24,000 bases of DNA, from positions 253,427 to 277,426 of the forward strand of contig NZ_CAJMYW010000006.1 of NCBI RefSeq assembly GCF_905220165.1, given 5' to 3'. Positions 23,150-24,000 of this stretch are shown one piece after another. Positions within the stretch are counted from its first letter, which is position 1, and each line of letters begins with the position of its first letter. Both the position numbers and the translations under genes were made by a program. The notes below the pieces were generated by a model that saw only the letters and a program-made list of their open reading frames with translations, had not been told where the DNA came from and did not search any database. The stretch comes from Paraburkholderia sp. J10-1 (GTDB lineage: Bacteria > Pseudomonadota > Gammaproteobacteria > Burkholderiales > Burkholderiaceae).

Positions 23150-23965
23150 ATGCACGCGCTAGGGGACAGTTTGGTAAACGATCGTGAGCAAGCCCTCCGC
23201 ACCGAGCTGGTGCGCTTTACAGCAATGTTGCTGCGCGAGGCCAGAGCAAGAACCGGATGGACTCACAAGAGGCTGCACAGCGAGCTCGTATCGCAAGGCA
23301 GTGGTTTGTGCTTCTCTTCCGATGCATATAAGAAGTACCTGCGTGCACCGGACCACCCTCAGTCCCGTGGAATGCTCGCGGAACGAATCCAGGCCTTAGA
23401 AAACAGGGTTGCAGACATTGTCGGGCGACCACGTGAGACAGTCGTTATCTGGAATTTCTCCGAGCTTGCCGACGCTGATACAGATCCGTTATGGGTAGGC
23501 GCGCCTCCGCGGGATTTTCAGCCCTTCGGCGAACCAGGCAAGGTGAAGATGCGCGGAATCAGGTCAAATCACATAGAGCTTTACTACCCCCAACTCGAGA
23601 GCACCTATCTGCGCGACCTGATCTCGCATGCCGAAATGTGGCCCTCGCTGGTTCGGGCTGGTCAACTCAGCTCTGCCAAAGGGTTCGACATTGATGCGCA
23701 AAGGAATTGGCTATTGACTTGGCAACGACGCATTCAGGACGAGCGCAAAAGAACTTCTCCCGAGGGCTGGCAGCGAAGTCGCGAAAGGCTTTCGGAGGAC
23801 TTTCGAGCAATCTGTGATGCCCCGGCCGGTACCCTGCCGATCATTCCGACGGTTTGGCCCGAAGATCTGATCGAACAGTTGAATACTCTCCAGCAACTGC
23901 TGGGATCCAAGGGACGCTATTCCTCTGCCGGAATTTTGCCGGAATCGGGGAGTGAGATCTTATGA
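23150..23965 (+). CDS. Hypothetical protein (271 aa) divergent from the AlpA-like gene; possible regulator
   Basis: An in-frame ATG within the ORF-track ORF 22658-23965; the upstream 164 codons overlap two well-supported minus-strand genes. The N-terminus LLREARARTGWTHKRLHSELV is HTH-like. The rest was not recognised. Confidence 0.6.
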   Translation: MHALGDSLVNDREQALRTELVRFTAMLLREARARTGWTHKRLHSELVSQGSGLCFSSDAYKKYLRAPDHPQSRGMLAERIQALENRVADIVGRPRETVVIWNFSELADADTDPLWVGAPPRDFQPFGEPGKVKMRGIRSNHIELYYPQLESTYLRDLISHAEMWPSLVRAGQLSSAKGFDIDAQRNWLLTWQRRIQDERKRTSPEGWQRSRERLSEDFRAICDAPAGTLPIIPTVWPEDLIEQLNTLQQLLGSKGRYSSAGILPESGSEIL

Positions 23966-24000
23966 TGCCCAGTGATCGCCAGTCATAAAATCTCTTGTAA

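Overview
High-GC, Burkholderiales-like DNA (inferred from codon usage and a Burkholderia-type TolA C-terminal domain) that reads as an integrated mobilizable genomic or defence island. All domain calls are motif recognition by eye, with no searches run. From the left: the 3' end of a tyrosine integrase, then a minus-strand block of small phage/ICE-type genes (XRE regulator, DEDDh exonuclease plus a truncated paralogue). Next come two small plus-strand genes and about 450 bp of iteron-like repeats. A tightly overlapping m5C methyltransferase - Vsr - EcoRII-C-like endonuclease operon follows. After it come a perfect LexA box ahead of a 93-aa gene, a PPP-family phosphatase next to a frameshifted HTH gene, and an RP4-type oriT with TraJ/MobC-like and MOBP relaxase genes. 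The most unusual locus is a translationally coupled pair at 13083-16395. It encodes a 143-aa helical protein and a 958-aa protein with no NTPase motif and 14 near-identical 47-aa TPR-like repeats. Both proteins open with the same roughly 20-aa motif (Y..GDVG....V.QGEN.S). To the right lie two HNH_2 nucleases with different N-terminal domains (candidate Type IV restriction enzymes) and a TraB/GumN-like protein. A secreted PD40-propeller/TolA-domain-III fusion comes next, then an AlpA - winged-helix - iteron module and a divergent 271-aa gene. I found no rRNA, tRNA or CRISPR.
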